A stretch of 64,000 bases of DNA from Candidatus Microgenomatus sp. (lineage in GTDB: Bacteria; Patescibacteriota; Microgenomatia; UBA8517): assembly GCA_020724555.1 (NCBI GenBank), contig DYGT01000007.1, forward strand, positions 15,258 to 79,257, read 5' to 3'. The notes below the pieces were generated by a model that worked only from the letters and a program-made list of their open reading frames with translations, was not told the DNA's origin and did not search any database. Within the stretch, counting starts at the first letter, position 1. The number at the start of each line of letters is the position of its first letter. A program made the translations under genes and the position numbers. This document shows, one piece after another, positions 1-9,323 of the stretch.

Positions 1-2
1 CG

Positions 3-434
3 GCAGTGAATAATCCATCAGTTCAGGATTTTGCTTTAAAAATGTCCACAGCTTTTAATCCCCAGTCAGCCATTTACAATATTTTGTATTTTGCTTTGGT
101 AGTTGGTTTTACTTATTTTTATACTTCTGTGGTTTTTAATCCGGAAAAAATTACAGAAAATTTACAAAAAAGTGGTGCTTTTATTCCGGGAATTCGGCCG
201 GGAAAACAAACCACAGATTATTTAAAACATGTGCTTAACCGCATAACACTGGTGGGAGCGGTTTTTTTGGGATTTATTGCAATACTCCCTTCGCTCCTAC
301 AGAGTTTTTTGGGGGTGGCCAATCTGGTGATTGGCGGCACGGGAATCCTGATTGTGGTTTCTGTAGTTTTGGAAGTAACGCGCGAAATTGAAGCCCAGCT
401 GGTAATGAAACGTTATGAAAGGTTTATATCTTAA
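3..434 (+). CDS. secY: Preprotein translocase SecY (3' part, 5'-truncated by window)
   Basis: FIPGIRPGKQT and GGTGILIVVSV C-terminal SecY motifs; precedes adk. Confidence 0.97.
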   Translation, partial: AVNNPSVQDFALKMSTAFNPQSAIYNILYFALVVGFTYFYTSVVFNPEKITENLQKSGAFIPGIRPGKQTTDYLKHVLNRITLVGAVFLGFIAILPSLLQSFLGVANLVIGGTGILIVVSVVLEVTREIEAQLVMKRYERFIS

Positions 435-1073
435 ATGAATATTTTAATTTTGGGACCTCAAGGATCAGGTAAAGGTACACAAGCAAAACTTATTGCGGAC
501 AGATTGGGTTTTATACATTTAAGCACAGGACAAATGCTTCGCGATATTGCCAAAAATGACGTTAATTTAGCAAATACACTGGATCAGGGTTTATTACTTC
601 CCGACAAAAAACTTTTGGAATATTTATTTTCTTATTTAGAAAAAAATAATTTATACGACAAATTAATAATCGACGGCTCTCCCAGAACACTTTATCAATA
701 TCAGGAAATTATTAAGTGGTTTAAAAGTAAGGGAAAGCCCATTTCTTTGGCAATTTATTTGGATATCAGTGACGCCGAGGCCACGAGGAGATTATCAGCA
801 AGAAGGCAGCATAAAATAACAGGAGAAATATATAATTTGGTAACTAACCCTCCTAGCTCTGATATTAAAGAAACAGATTTAATTCAAAGAGAAGATGATA
901 TGCCGGAAGCTATCCAAAAACGCCTAAATGCCTTTCACACTCAAACAGAACCGATAGTAAAATTGATGCAGGCAGATGGAATTTTATTTAAAGTAGATGG
1001 AGAACGACCGATAGAAGAAATTTATCTGGATATAGAAAAGGAGGTAGAAAAGCGTGTACAAAATGAATCTTAA
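435..1073 (+). CDS. adk: Adenylate kinase
   Basis: GPQGSGKGTQA P-loop, DGSPRT, QREDD; secY-adk-map synteny; lid lacks Zn cysteines. Confidence 0.95.
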   Translation: MNILILGPQGSGKGTQAKLIADRLGFIHLSTGQMLRDIAKNDVNLANTLDQGLLLPDKKLLEYLFSYLEKNNLYDKLIIDGSPRTLYQYQEIIKWFKSKGKPISLAIYLDISDAEATRRLSARRQHKITGEIYNLVTNPPSSDIKETDLIQREDDMPEAIQKRLNAFHTQTEPIVKLMQADGILFKVDGERPIEEIYLDIEKEVEKRVQNES

Positions 1074-1806
1074 ATCCCCTGAGGAAATTGAAATTATGCA
1101 TCAGGGCGGACAAAAACTCTCTGAAGTTAAGAAAAAGGTGCTTGGGGCAATAGCTCCTAATGTAAGTGCCTGGGATATTGAAGAATTGGTAACGCGGGAA
1201 ATTGAAGCGTGTGGCGGCAAATCATCTTTTAAAATGGTTCCGGGATATAAATGGAGTACGTGCATAAACGTAAACGACGGCGTAGTTCACGGTATTCCCA
1301 AAAAAGAATTAGTTTTTAAAAAAGGAGATTTGGTGAGTGTGGATATGGGTATATTCTACCGCGGATTTCACACAGACACCTCGGTAAGCGTATATCTGGG
1401 TGATGATCCCAAGGTGCAAAGATTTATGGAAGTAGGTAAAAAAGCGCTAAAACAAGGAATTAAATCTTTTAAAAAAGGAAACACTGTCGCGGATATCACG
1501 CGGGCAATACAATCTGAGCTGGTGAATGCAAACTACAGCCCTGTTTACAATTTGACAGGGCACGGTGTGGGTAGGGAGCTCCATGAAGACCCCAGAGTAC
1601 CTCTGGTGATTAGCGGCTCAAGAGATGAAAAAGTGAAACTTGAACCTGGAATAGTTTTGGCTATCGAAGTGATGTATGCCATGGGCAAGGGAGATATCGT
1701 CCTGGAAGACGATGGTTGGACTTTGAGTATGAAAGATGGTACAATATCAGCGCTTTTTGAGGAGACCGTCGCCCTAACCAGCCACGGTCGTATTATTTTG
1801 ACTTAA
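1063..1806 (+). CDS. map: Type I methionine aminopeptidase
   Basis: VVHGIP, DMG..DT, GHGVGRELHEDP, AIE motifs; ATG at 1063 preferred over GTG 1054. Confidence 0.95.
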   Translation: MNLKSPEEIEIMHQGGQKLSEVKKKVLGAIAPNVSAWDIEELVTREIEACGGKSSFKMVPGYKWSTCINVNDGVVHGIPKKELVFKKGDLVSVDMGIFYRGFHTDTSVSVYLGDDPKVQRFMEVGKKALKQGIKSFKKGNTVADITRAIQSELVNANYSPVYNLTGHGVGRELHEDPRVPLVISGSRDEKVKLEPGIVLAIEVMYAMGKGDIVLEDDGWTLSMKDGTISALFEETVALTSHGRIILT

Positions 1807-1841
1807 AATCGCTTTAAACTAGGCTAAAAATTAAGTATAAT

Positions 1842-2069
1842 ATGCAAAAGAGAAATATAATTATTGAGGGAGAAATTTTGGAGCTTCTGCCCAATACCAT
1901 GTTTAAGGTTAAGCTTATTGATGGGCGGGAAGTTTTGACTGTCCCTTCTGGCAAAATGCGCCGTGGTTTTATGCGTTTAATGCCTGGAAATACCGTGAAA
2001 GTAGAAATGACTCCCTACGATGAAAAAAGGGGTAGGATTGTTGGAAAGGTTGGTAAAAAAACACAATGA
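1842..2069 (+). CDS. infA: Translation initiation factor IF-1
   Basis: [24 protein letters not shown]; TATAAT immediately upstream of ATG. Confidence 0.95.
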   Translation: MQKRNIIIEGEILELLPNTMFKVKLIDGREVLTVPSGKMRRGFMRLMPGNTVKVEMTPYDEKRGRIVGKVGKKTQ

Positions 2070-2179
2070 AAGTAAGATCATCTGTTAAACGAATTTGTAA
2101 AGATTGTAAAATTGTTAAGCGCAAAGGGGTTTTGTATGTTATTTGCAAAAACCCAAAACACAAACAGCGTCAAGGATAA
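2066..2179 (+). CDS. rpmJ: 50S ribosomal protein L36 (not in ORF track)
   Basis: Manual translation [37 protein letters not shown]; Zn-binding form. Confidence 0.97.
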   Translation: MKVRSSVKRICKDCKIVKRKGVLYVICKNPKHKQRQG

Positions 2180-2187
2180 ATATAAAA

Positions 2188-2580
2188 ATGGCAAGAATAG
2201 CTGGAATAGATTTAAATGACAACTGGAGAATAGATTATGCCTTAACTCACATTAAAGGCATAGGCTGGTCGCGTTCAGAAAAAATTTTAAATGAGATTAA
2301 AATAAAACCAGAAACTCGGGTATCGAATTTGTCAGCTGAAGATTTATCGCTTATCAACAGCCAATTGGAGGGAATTTTGGTTGAGGGAGATTTAATCCGG
2401 AAAGTACGCGAAAATATCCAAAGGTTAAAAGCTATTCATGCCTACCGAGGCATAAGGCACAATCGTGGTTTACCGGTACGAGGCCAGAGAACTAAATCTA
2501 ATGCAAGGACTAAAAGAGGCAAACGCCGGACAGTGGGTGCATTCAGAAAAGAAGAGTTAGCAAAACAAACAACAAGTTGA
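2188..2580 (+). CDS. rpsM: 30S ribosomal protein S13
   Basis: MARIAGIDL...YRGIRHNRGLPVRGQRTKSNARTKRG; ATG 2188. Confidence 0.97.
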   Translation: MARIAGIDLNDNWRIDYALTHIKGIGWSRSEKILNEIKIKPETRVSNLSAEDLSLINSQLEGILVEGDLIRKVRENIQRLKAIHAYRGIRHNRGLPVRGQRTKSNARTKRGKRRTVGAFRKEELAKQTTS

Positions 2581-2581
2581 T

Positions 2582-2956
2582 ATGGCAGCAAAAAAAACAA
2601 AAAAAGAAATACCATCGGTTAAGATTTATATCTCAGCAAGTTTTAATAATACATTGGTTACCGTTTCCGACAATGATGGTAATACTTTATCTTGGGGCTC
2701 ATCCGGGTTATCCGGTTTTAAAGGCACCAGAAAGGCAACGCCGTATGCGGCCACGGTTGCCGTGGATGCCGTGGTCCAAAAGGCTGTTAAAGAATACGGA
2801 GTGCATGAAGCAGACGTTTATATTAAAGGGCCGGGTCCCGGCCGTGAAGCAGCCTTAAGAGCTATCAAAGCCGCTGGAGTAAACATTAATATGATTGCGG
2901 ATGTCACGCCAATGCCCCATGACGGGCCAAGGCCAAAAAAGAAAAGAAGAGTATAA
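2582..2956 (+). CDS. rpsK: 30S ribosomal protein S11
   Basis: ASFNNTLVT, GFKGTRKATPYAA, DVTPMPHDGPRP. Confidence 0.97.
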   Translation: MAAKKTKKEIPSVKIYISASFNNTLVTVSDNDGNTLSWGSSGLSGFKGTRKATPYAATVAVDAVVQKAVKEYGVHEADVYIKGPGPGREAALRAIKAAGVNINMIADVTPMPHDGPRPKKKRRV

Positions 2957-2958
2957 AG

Positions 2959-3561
2959 ATGGCAAGATACATAGGACCAAAAGACAGATTATCACGCCGG
3001 GAAAATTTTGACCTTTTTGGTAAAGGGGGGAAATTGACGAGACTTAATGTAACTCCCGGTGTGCATGGGCCAAAAGGTAGCCGACGCAAGCCTTCACAGT
3101 ATGGCAAACAATTAAGAGAAAAACAAAAGGTAAAAAGATTTTACGGAATTTTAGAACGTCAATTTAAAAATTATATGGCTCAGGCTTTAAGTGAAAAGGG
3201 TAATACATCAGACGCCCTGTTTTCTTTGCTAGAATCCAGGCTTGATAATACGGTTTATCGTTTGGGATTTGCGGCTACAAGGCCACAAGCTAGACAGTTA
3301 GTAAGCCATAGGCACGTTTTTGTTGATGGGAAAAGGGTTAATATCCCTTCTTTCCAGGTTAGACCGGGACAGACCATTACCCTTTCTGCCAAGGCCATGG
3401 AAATACCTTCGGTTGCTCTGTTATTGAAAGCAAAAGACGTAACAATTCCAGAGTGGTTGAGCCGCAAAGCAGCAGCAGGCAAAATTAAAAGAAAGCCTGG
3501 GCGCGATGATGTTCCTGAACCATTTGAGGAGGCAGATATTGTGGAGTTTTACTCCCGATAA
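2959..3561 (+). CDS. rpsD: 30S ribosomal protein S4
   Basis: MARYIGP, YGKQLREKQK, LESRLDNTVYRLG, IVEFYSR. Confidence 0.97.
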   Translation: MARYIGPKDRLSRRENFDLFGKGGKLTRLNVTPGVHGPKGSRRKPSQYGKQLREKQKVKRFYGILERQFKNYMAQALSEKGNTSDALFSLLESRLDNTVYRLGFAATRPQARQLVSHRHVFVDGKRVNIPSFQVRPGQTITLSAKAMEIPSVALLLKAKDVTIPEWLSRKAAAGKIKRKPGRDDVPEPFEEADIVEFYSR

Positions 3562-3637
3562 TTATTTGCCACTTGTAATTTGAGAGAGTATAATAAACGC
3601 TCTCTCATCGTTATTGTATGGGAGAGGAGGTGACAGT

Positions 3638-4552
3638 ATGGAACCATTATTTGAAATAAATATTGAAAATAAAGACGAAAAATATGGGAAATTTGTCATA
3701 AGCCCGCTTGTTGCTGGGTATGGTAATACTTTGGGCATATCTCTAAGACGCGTGCTTTTATCAAGCCTTCCCGGAGCAGCAATTACCAAAGTGCAAATTT
3801 CCGGTGTTAGACATCAATTTTCAACCCTAAAAGGAATGAAAGAAGATGTTTTGGATTTTCTTTTAAATTTGAAAAAAGTTAATTTTTCTTATGAAGGCAA
3901 TGGCCTGGTTAAAGCAAACCTTAGAGTTAAGACTCCCGGTGAAGTTAAGGCAGGGGATATTAAGGTTCCCGCCGGAGTTGTGATCGGAAATCCGGATTTA
4001 GTTTTAGCCAACTTATCTAAAGGAGCAAAACTGGAAGCAGACATGGTTATAGAATCCGGTGTGGGTTATTTACCCGCAGAAGGACGAGAAGCTGATAAGC
4101 TGGGAGAGATTTTGTTGGATGCTACTTTTTCTCCGGTTGAACGCGTAAATTATAAAGTTGAAGAAACTCGCGTAGGACGTGTTACTAATTATGACAAACT
4201 TACTTTAGAAATTTGGACAGATGGTACCATCGATCCCGAAGATGCTCTTAAGAGAGCTGCAAAAAACCTTATATCTTACTTTAGTCAAATCGTTGATCCT
4301 AAAAAGATAGAGAAGGAAAGCCCTCAAAAAGAAACAGATCTACTGGGACCGGTTGGAAAGCTTTCTGTAGAAGAAATAGGATTACCGACTCGTGTAGCCA
4401 ATGCTTTAAGTAAATCCGGTTATGAAACTGTTGAAAAATTGGCAAAAGCCAAAGCTGAAGATTTGGTGAAGGTCCGAAACTTGGGAGAAAAGTCTTTGGA
4501 AATTATTGATGCAGCATTAGCCGAAAAAGGAGTGAAAAGGGAAAATGCGTAA
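3638..4552 (+). CDS. rpoA: RNA polymerase alpha subunit
   Basis: GYGNTLG.SLRRVLLSSLPGAA, FSPVERVNY, NLGEKSLEII; strong SD GGAGGTGA before ATG 3638. Confidence 0.97.
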   Translation: MEPLFEINIENKDEKYGKFVISPLVAGYGNTLGISLRRVLLSSLPGAAITKVQISGVRHQFSTLKGMKEDVLDFLLNLKKVNFSYEGNGLVKANLRVKTPGEVKAGDIKVPAGVVIGNPDLVLANLSKGAKLEADMVIESGVGYLPAEGREADKLGEILLDATFSPVERVNYKVEETRVGRVTNYDKLTLEIWTDGTIDPEDALKRAAKNLISYFSQIVDPKKIEKESPQKETDLLGPVGKLSVEEIGLPTRVANALSKSGYETVEKLAKAKAEDLVKVRNLGEKSLEIIDAALAEKGVKRENA

Positions 4553-4976
4553 AAAGGTTTATGGCCGCAAATTAGGCAGAAATCGAGCCGCAAGAACCGC
4601 TCTCTTTCGTTCCTTGATCCGAGCTATGGTTTTGGAGGGATCCATTAATACTACGCTGGCAAAGGCGAAAGCCGTGTCGCCAGATTTGGATAAGCTTATG
4701 GTTATTGTCGGCCAAAATACGGTATCTGCCAGAAGGCGGATATCTCAGATTGTTGCCAATGATAGAATGGTTATGAAAAAGCTTTTTACTGATTATCTTC
4801 CTTTGGCGCAATCGAGACGTTCTGGATTTACAAGAATAGTTCTTATGCCAAAAAGAAAAGGAGATAATGCAACCATGGCAAGAATTGAATGGGTTACCGT
4901 CCCCAAAGCAGAGCCGCGAAAAACTAAAAAAGCTAAAGTAAATACTAAAAAAACGAAAAAAGAGGATAAAAAATGA
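4545..4976 (+). CDS. rplQ: 50S ribosomal protein L17
   Basis: GRKLGR..AR.AL, TTLAKAK, GFTRI, GDNATMARIE. Confidence 0.95.
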   Translation: MRKKVYGRKLGRNRAARTALFRSLIRAMVLEGSINTTLAKAKAVSPDLDKLMVIVGQNTVSARRRISQIVANDRMVMKKLFTDYLPLAQSRRSGFTRIVLMPKRKGDNATMARIEWVTVPKAEPRKTKKAKVNTKKTKKEDKK

Positions 4977-5401
4977 AACAAACCAGTCAGCCTAAAGGAA
5001 AAGACATAAACCATGCTTGGCACGAAGTTGATGCAAATGGCCAGGCTTTAGGGAGATTATCCAGCCATATAGCAGGACTTCTGATGGGTAAAAATAAAAC
5101 CAATTACGCACCCCACCTTGATATGGGAGATTGGGTGGTGGTTAAAAACGCCAAAGCGGTAAAATTAACCGGCCGGAAAGATAAACAAAAAGTATATTAC
5201 AGACACTCGGGTTACCCTAAAGGGTTTAAGGAAATAAAAGTCGAAAAATTGCGCGTCGAGCAGCCGGAAAAAATAATAATACACGCAGTAAAAGGCATGC
5301 TTCCGGTTAATCGTTTAAGAGACAAAAGGATGGCCAGATTAAAAGTATTTGCAGGTGACAAACACCCGTTTCAAAATAAATTAGAAAATAAACAAGTCTA
5401 A
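4973..5401 (+). CDS. rplM: 50S ribosomal protein L13
   Basis: WHEVDA..LGRL, DMGDWVVV.NA, YYRHSGYP.G, AVKGMLP. Confidence 0.97.
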   Translation: MKQTSQPKGKDINHAWHEVDANGQALGRLSSHIAGLLMGKNKTNYAPHLDMGDWVVVKNAKAVKLTGRKDKQKVYYRHSGYPKGFKEIKVEKLRVEQPEKIIIHAVKGMLPVNRLRDKRMARLKVFAGDKHPFQNKLENKQV

Positions 5402-5814
5402 TGGCAAAAACAAAAAAAGAATTAAAAAATTATACATATGCAGTAGGCAGGCGAAAAGAAGCTTCGGCCAGGGTCAGGCTATACAAAGGTAATAAAGAGA
5501 GTCTAGTAAACGGAGAAGTGATAGGTAAATACTTTCCGGGAGATGCAATGCGTAGCAAATGGCAGCTGCCTTTTTCTTTAACACAAACAGAAGGCAAGTA
5601 CTATGTTACGGTTCGTGTTTTGGGTGGCGGTAAAAACGGTCAATTAGAAGCAACAGTGCACGGGATTGCCAGAGCATTTGCCAAGTTAAATGAAAAATTT
5701 AAATCTTCTTTAAAACCAGCAGGGCTTTTAACCCGCGATGCACGCAAAAAAGAGCGCAGAATGGTGGGAACGGGTGGTAAAGCAAGGCGTAAAAAACAAT
5801 CTCCAAAACGTTAA
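5401..5814 (+). CDS. rpsI: 30S ribosomal protein S9
   Basis: GRRKEASARV, GGGKNGQ, LTRDAR.KER, KARRKKQSPKR. Confidence 0.97.
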   Translation: MAKTKKELKNYTYAVGRRKEASARVRLYKGNKESLVNGEVIGKYFPGDAMRSKWQLPFSLTQTEGKYYVTVRVLGGGKNGQLEATVHGIARAFAKLNEKFKSSLKPAGLLTRDARKKERRMVGTGGKARRKKQSPKR

Positions 5815-5868
5815 TAGTCCCCGGTTCGTTTAATTAAACTGACCTTCATCTTGAGAGTTAATTTTACT

Positions 5869-6369
5869 TTAATTAAATAAATTACCTACTATTGTACCTA
5901 TTAGAATTGCCGCTCCACCGATAAACATCATTTTTAGTCCATGTTTAAGGGGTTTTACTTCAAATTTTTTTCCACCGATAAAACCGAGAAAAAACAGAGA
6001 AATAATTGAAAAACTAATAGAAACATATATTGCTTGGCTAACCGGTAATAGTAAGTAAGGTGTAATCGGGATTAAACCGGCTACAAAATATGACATGACC
6101 ATTATCAAAGACGCAAAAAAAGTTGAGTTGCTTTTGTATTTATGGCTTTCCATATCTTCGGTAAATCCCTCTGATAGGTAGCTGCCCACTCCCATGGAAA
6201 AAGCTTCGACAAATACTAACACAACACCAGTAATAAAAATTTCTTTTTTGGGCAGCCCCGCTGCTGCAACCCCGCTTAAAAGACCAACAGTTGAAACCAG
6301 ACTGTCCTCAACACCAAATATAAAATTTTTTATATATAATCTGTAAACCGATATGGTTTGATTATGCAT
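5869..6369 (-). CDS. VIT1/CCC1 family Fe/Mn transporter
   Basis: IFGVEDSLVST..L.SGV, AFSMGVGSYLS, GLIPITPY; five hydrophobic segments. Confidence 0.85.
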   Translation of the reverse strand: MHNQTISVYRLYIKNFIFGVEDSLVSTVGLLSGVAAAGLPKKEIFITGVVLVFVEAFSMGVGSYLSEGFTEDMESHKYKSNSTFFASLIMVMSYFVAGLIPITPYLLLPVSQAIYVSISFSIISLFFLGFIGGKKFEVKPLKHGLKMMFIGGAAILIGTIVGNLFN

Positions 6370-6435
6370 TACTCTATTAATGTTAAGGGATAAATTTTTT
6401 TTAGTAAAGCGAGATCGGCTTATTTCGGTTTGTGC

Positions 6436-6517
6436 TTGACAAAAAGCCCAAGCTTGAATTATTTTTAGCTTAGCAGCCAGCTAGGCTAAAAATAAGCCCG
6501 GCTGGAAAAGGGGGTGA
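6436..6517 (+). promoter_or_regulatory. Promoter, structured leader and strong SD of the 70-aa ORF
   Basis: TTGACA 6436-6441, TATTTT ~6460, overlapping inverted repeats, SD GGGGGTGA 6510-6517. Confidence 0.55.
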
Positions 6518-6525
6518 TTTAATAA

Positions 6526-6738
6526 ATGGATCAAATAGAATTTTACGATGTGAAAAAAAGAGACCGTGTACAAGTACCGGTTTCACAATGTTGGAAAGTA
6601 AAGTATGAGCGTCCCACAAAAGATGGCGGAGTACAAGTTCGTTATGCTGTAAAAGCAGAAGTAGACGGCTCTAAGCTAACCAAGTTTGTAAGCCAGGATG
6701 TTTGGCAAGGTTTAAGTTGTGAGGAGCGAGACAAGTAA
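6526..6738 (+). CDS. Small protein, possibly CC1/Cren7-like beta-sheet DNA-binding protein
   Basis: 70 aa with own promoter, strong SD and terminator; IEFYDVKK...YAVKA..DGSKLTKFVS; family call is recalled similarity only. Confidence 0.7.
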   Translation: MDQIEFYDVKKRDRVQVPVSQCWKVKYERPTKDGGVQVRYAVKAEVDGSKLTKFVSQDVWQGLSCEERDK

Positions 6739-6762
6739 GTTTGAAAATAATTTACTTAAAAC

Positions 6763-6788
6763 AAAAACCCCATGTAAATGGGGTTTTT
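6763..6788. terminator. Bidirectional intrinsic terminator
   Basis: AAAAACCCCAT-GTAA-ATGGGGTTTTT between convergent ORF and tRNA-Pro. Confidence 0.85.
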
Positions 6789-6802
6789 GATTGATTATTG
6801 TG

Positions 6803-6873
6803 TCGGGGTACCAGGAATCGAACCTGGACCGGACGCACCCCATGCGCCCATTCTACCTTTAAACTATACCCCG
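6803..6873 (-). tRNA. tRNA-Pro(GGG), CCA not encoded
   Basis: Minus strand CGGGGTA acceptor/TACCCCG-A; anticodon arm GGCGC-ATGGGGT-GCGTC; T arm CCAGG-TTCGATT-CCTGG. Confidence 0.93.
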
Positions 6874-6888
6874 TCGTTTCATTCCTGT

Positions 6889-6928
6889 GTATAGTTTGCG
6901 AGCTTACACTTTAAAACTATACCCCGTC
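6889..6928 (-). repeat. Upstream copy of tRNA-Pro 5' end with antisense arm
   Basis: 6909-6928 repeats 6857-6875 (one extra base); GTATAGTTT 6889-6897 is complementary to AAACTATAC 6914-6922. Confidence 0.85.
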
Positions 6929-6946
6929 CTTTGCTTATTATACCAG

Positions 6947-7534
6947 TTAGGCTATTTTCTTAAGTTTTACTGCGCCTTCGCGTATAATTTTTACCTTGCC
7001 CGTTTTAAGCTCTACCAAAGTAGAAGGTTCACTTGCGAGTTTTCCTGCATCCACATAAAAATCTACTTTATCCCCAAAGTAATTTTCTGCTTCTTCTATT
7101 GTTGTTGCAGGCTTTTTGCCTTGGGGATTAACACTTGTAGACACTAAAGGACCGGTTTCGGAAAGTAGCTCTCGAAGCTCTGGATAATCGGGCATGCGGA
7201 TGGCCAGGCTATTTTTGCCGCGGTGAAGATAGGAAAGCCAATCATTTTTTACCGGCAGAATTACACTTATTTTCCCGGGCCAGATTTTATTTAAGAAATT
7301 TCTAGTTTTACTGTCTAGTTTAATTTTTAGCAAATTTAGATCATTTAAAGATGAAATAAGAACCACAAGTGGTTTATCGTAGTCTCGTTTTCGGATTTTA
7401 TAGATTTTTTCAATAGCTTCAGGGTGGAAGACGCTTGCATGAATGCCGTATATCGTATCAGTCGGCAGAATACCAATTTTGCCTTCACGGATAAAATTTA
7501 CTAATTTTTTGTGTTTCAAACCAGTTATTTCCAT
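6947..7534 (-). CDS. tsaC: L-threonylcarbamoyladenylate synthase (Sua5/YrdC/TsaC)
   Basis: PTDTIYG, KIRKR..KPL, WPG, AIRMP, STSVN; start may extend to 7573. Confidence 0.93.
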   Translation of the reverse strand: MEITGLKHKKLVNFIREGKIGILPTDTIYGIHASVFHPEAIEKIYKIRKRDYDKPLVVLISSLNDLNLLKIKLDSKTRNFLNKIWPGKISVILPVKNDWLSYLHRGKNSLAIRMPDYPELRELLSETGPLVSTSVNPQGKKPATTIEEAENYFGDKVDFYVDAGKLASEPSTLVELKTGKVKIIREGAVKLKKIA

Positions 7535-7606
7535 AAATAAGTATTTTACTACATCTAAAGTGGCACTTGTCATCTATGGGATATTTGTGTTAAAACAATG
7601 CCATAA

Positions 7607-8695
7607 ATGGCAAGAACAAAAAAAGACCCTCCAAAGGTAGATAAACCCGAAGGTTTATCTGAAAAACTTCAGGCAATAAAGTTGGCCATGGACCAGATCG
7701 AAAAGCAATATGGTAAAGGTGCCATCATGCGCCTTGGTGAGCGTGCCCGACAGCAGCGGAACATAGATTCAATTTCCACTGGGGCTATCGCTCTGGATGT
7801 TGCTTTGGGAATTGGTGGTCTTCCACGCGGGCGGATAGTGGAAATATATGGTCCTGAAGCTTCAGGTAAAACTACACTCGCCTTGCACGTAATTGCCGAA
7901 GCACAAAAACGAGGAGGCCAGTGTGCTTTTGTAGATGCTGAACACGCCCTCGATCCAACGCGTGCAGGAATTATTGGTGTTAATTTAGATGATCTTTTAT
8001 TAAGTCAGCCGGATTCCGGTGAGCAAGCTCTGGAGATCACTGAAACTTTAGTTCGTTCAGGGGGCTTGGATGTAATTGTGGTGGATTCGGTAGCCGCATT
8101 GGTTCCCAGAGCCGAGCTGGAGGGTGAAATGGGGGATGCAATAATTGGCGTCCAGGCAAGGCTAATGAGCCAAGCGCTTCGCAAGCTTACCGGGGCCATC
8201 AATAAAAGCAAAACTATTTTAATTTTTACTAATCAGATTCGCCAGAAAATAGGTGTGATGTTTGGCAACCCCGAAACAACTCCCGGTGGATTGGCGTTAA
8301 AATTTTATTCTTCGGTAAGGCTTGATATCCGCCGAATTGAAACTTTGAAAGAGGCAGATGAAGTTGTGGGATCGCGTCATCGCGTGCGGGTGGTTAAAAA
8401 TAAAGTTGCTCCGCCGTTGCGAGTTGCAGAATTTGATATCACGAACGACGAGGGCATTTCCAAAACCGGAGGGCTTTTGGATGTGGGAGTGGAAATGGAG
8501 ATAATCGGCAAAAGCGGGTCTTTCTTCAGCTATCAAGGCGAAACCATAGCTCAAGGTCGTGAAGCAGCAAAGAGTTACTTAAAAGAAAATCCTAAATTAG
8601 CAGAAAAGATTGAGAAAGAAATCCGCGATACATTAGCGTCGGGTAAAAAATTGCCTCATGAGGTAGGAGATAGTTCGGACTCAGACGAAGAATAA
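7607..8695 (+). CDS. recA: Recombinase RecA
   Basis: [39 protein letters not shown]; no intein. Confidence 0.99.
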   Translation: MARTKKDPPKVDKPEGLSEKLQAIKLAMDQIEKQYGKGAIMRLGERARQQRNIDSISTGAIALDVALGIGGLPRGRIVEIYGPEASGKTTLALHVIAEAQKRGGQCAFVDAEHALDPTRAGIIGVNLDDLLLSQPDSGEQALEITETLVRSGGLDVIVVDSVAALVPRAELEGEMGDAIIGVQARLMSQALRKLTGAINKSKTILIFTNQIRQKIGVMFGNPETTPGGLALKFYSSVRLDIRRIETLKEADEVVGSRHRVRVVKNKVAPPLRVAEFDITNDEGISKTGGLLDVGVEMEIIGKSGSFFSYQGETIAQGREAAKSYLKENPKLAEKIEKEIRDTLASGKKLPHEVGDSSDSDEE

Positions 8696-8701
8696 TTCTT
8701 C

Positions 8702-9322
8702 ATGCCCCGCATCACAAAAATTTCCCAGCAAAATAATAAGAATAGGGTTAATCTATTTTTAGATGGTAAATTTGCCTTTGCTTTGGATTTGGAAAATTTT
8801 GTTAAGCTTGGTTTAAAAGTCGGTTTGGAATTAAACGAGGTCGAGGTGCAAAAAATTACTTCTGAAGGCGAATTCAGCCAGGTTTTTCAAAAATTATTGA
8901 ACTTTGCCACGCTTCGCCCAAGAAGTTATAAAGAAGTTTCAGATTGGCTAAAGCGTAAAAAAGTGCGCGAGAGCTTTCAGAAAAAGCTCATAAATAAACT
9001 TAAAAAGCTCGATCTATTGGATGATGCGCGCTTTGCCAGGTGGTGGGTGGAAGAGCGGCGTGAATTTCGCCCCAGGTCTAAAAAAGCGCTTTATAGCGAA
9101 CTTTTTAAAAAAGGGATTGATAAAAATATAATTAAACAAACGCTTGAAGAAACGGGTATAGATGAGATTTCTTTGGCGAAAAGGGATTTAGAAAAAAGAA
9201 AGACAAAGTGGACAAAATATACGGACATTTATGAGCGCAAACAAAAGCAGATGGAATACTTGGCACGCAAAGGTTATGGCTGGGACGTGATAAAAAAAGT
9301 GGTAGAAAATAAAAAAAGCTAG
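8702..9322 (+). CDS. recX: Regulatory protein RecX
   Basis: Follows recA; RPRSYKE, LDDARFA, ELFKKGI, YLARKGY. Confidence 0.9.
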   Translation: MPRITKISQQNNKNRVNLFLDGKFAFALDLENFVKLGLKVGLELNEVEVQKITSEGEFSQVFQKLLNFATLRPRSYKEVSDWLKRKKVRESFQKKLINKLKKLDLLDDARFARWWVEERREFRPRSKKALYSELFKKGIDKNIIKQTLEETGIDEISLAKRDLEKRKTKWTKYTDIYERKQKQMEYLARKGYGWDVIKKVVENKKS

Positions 9323-9323
9323 A

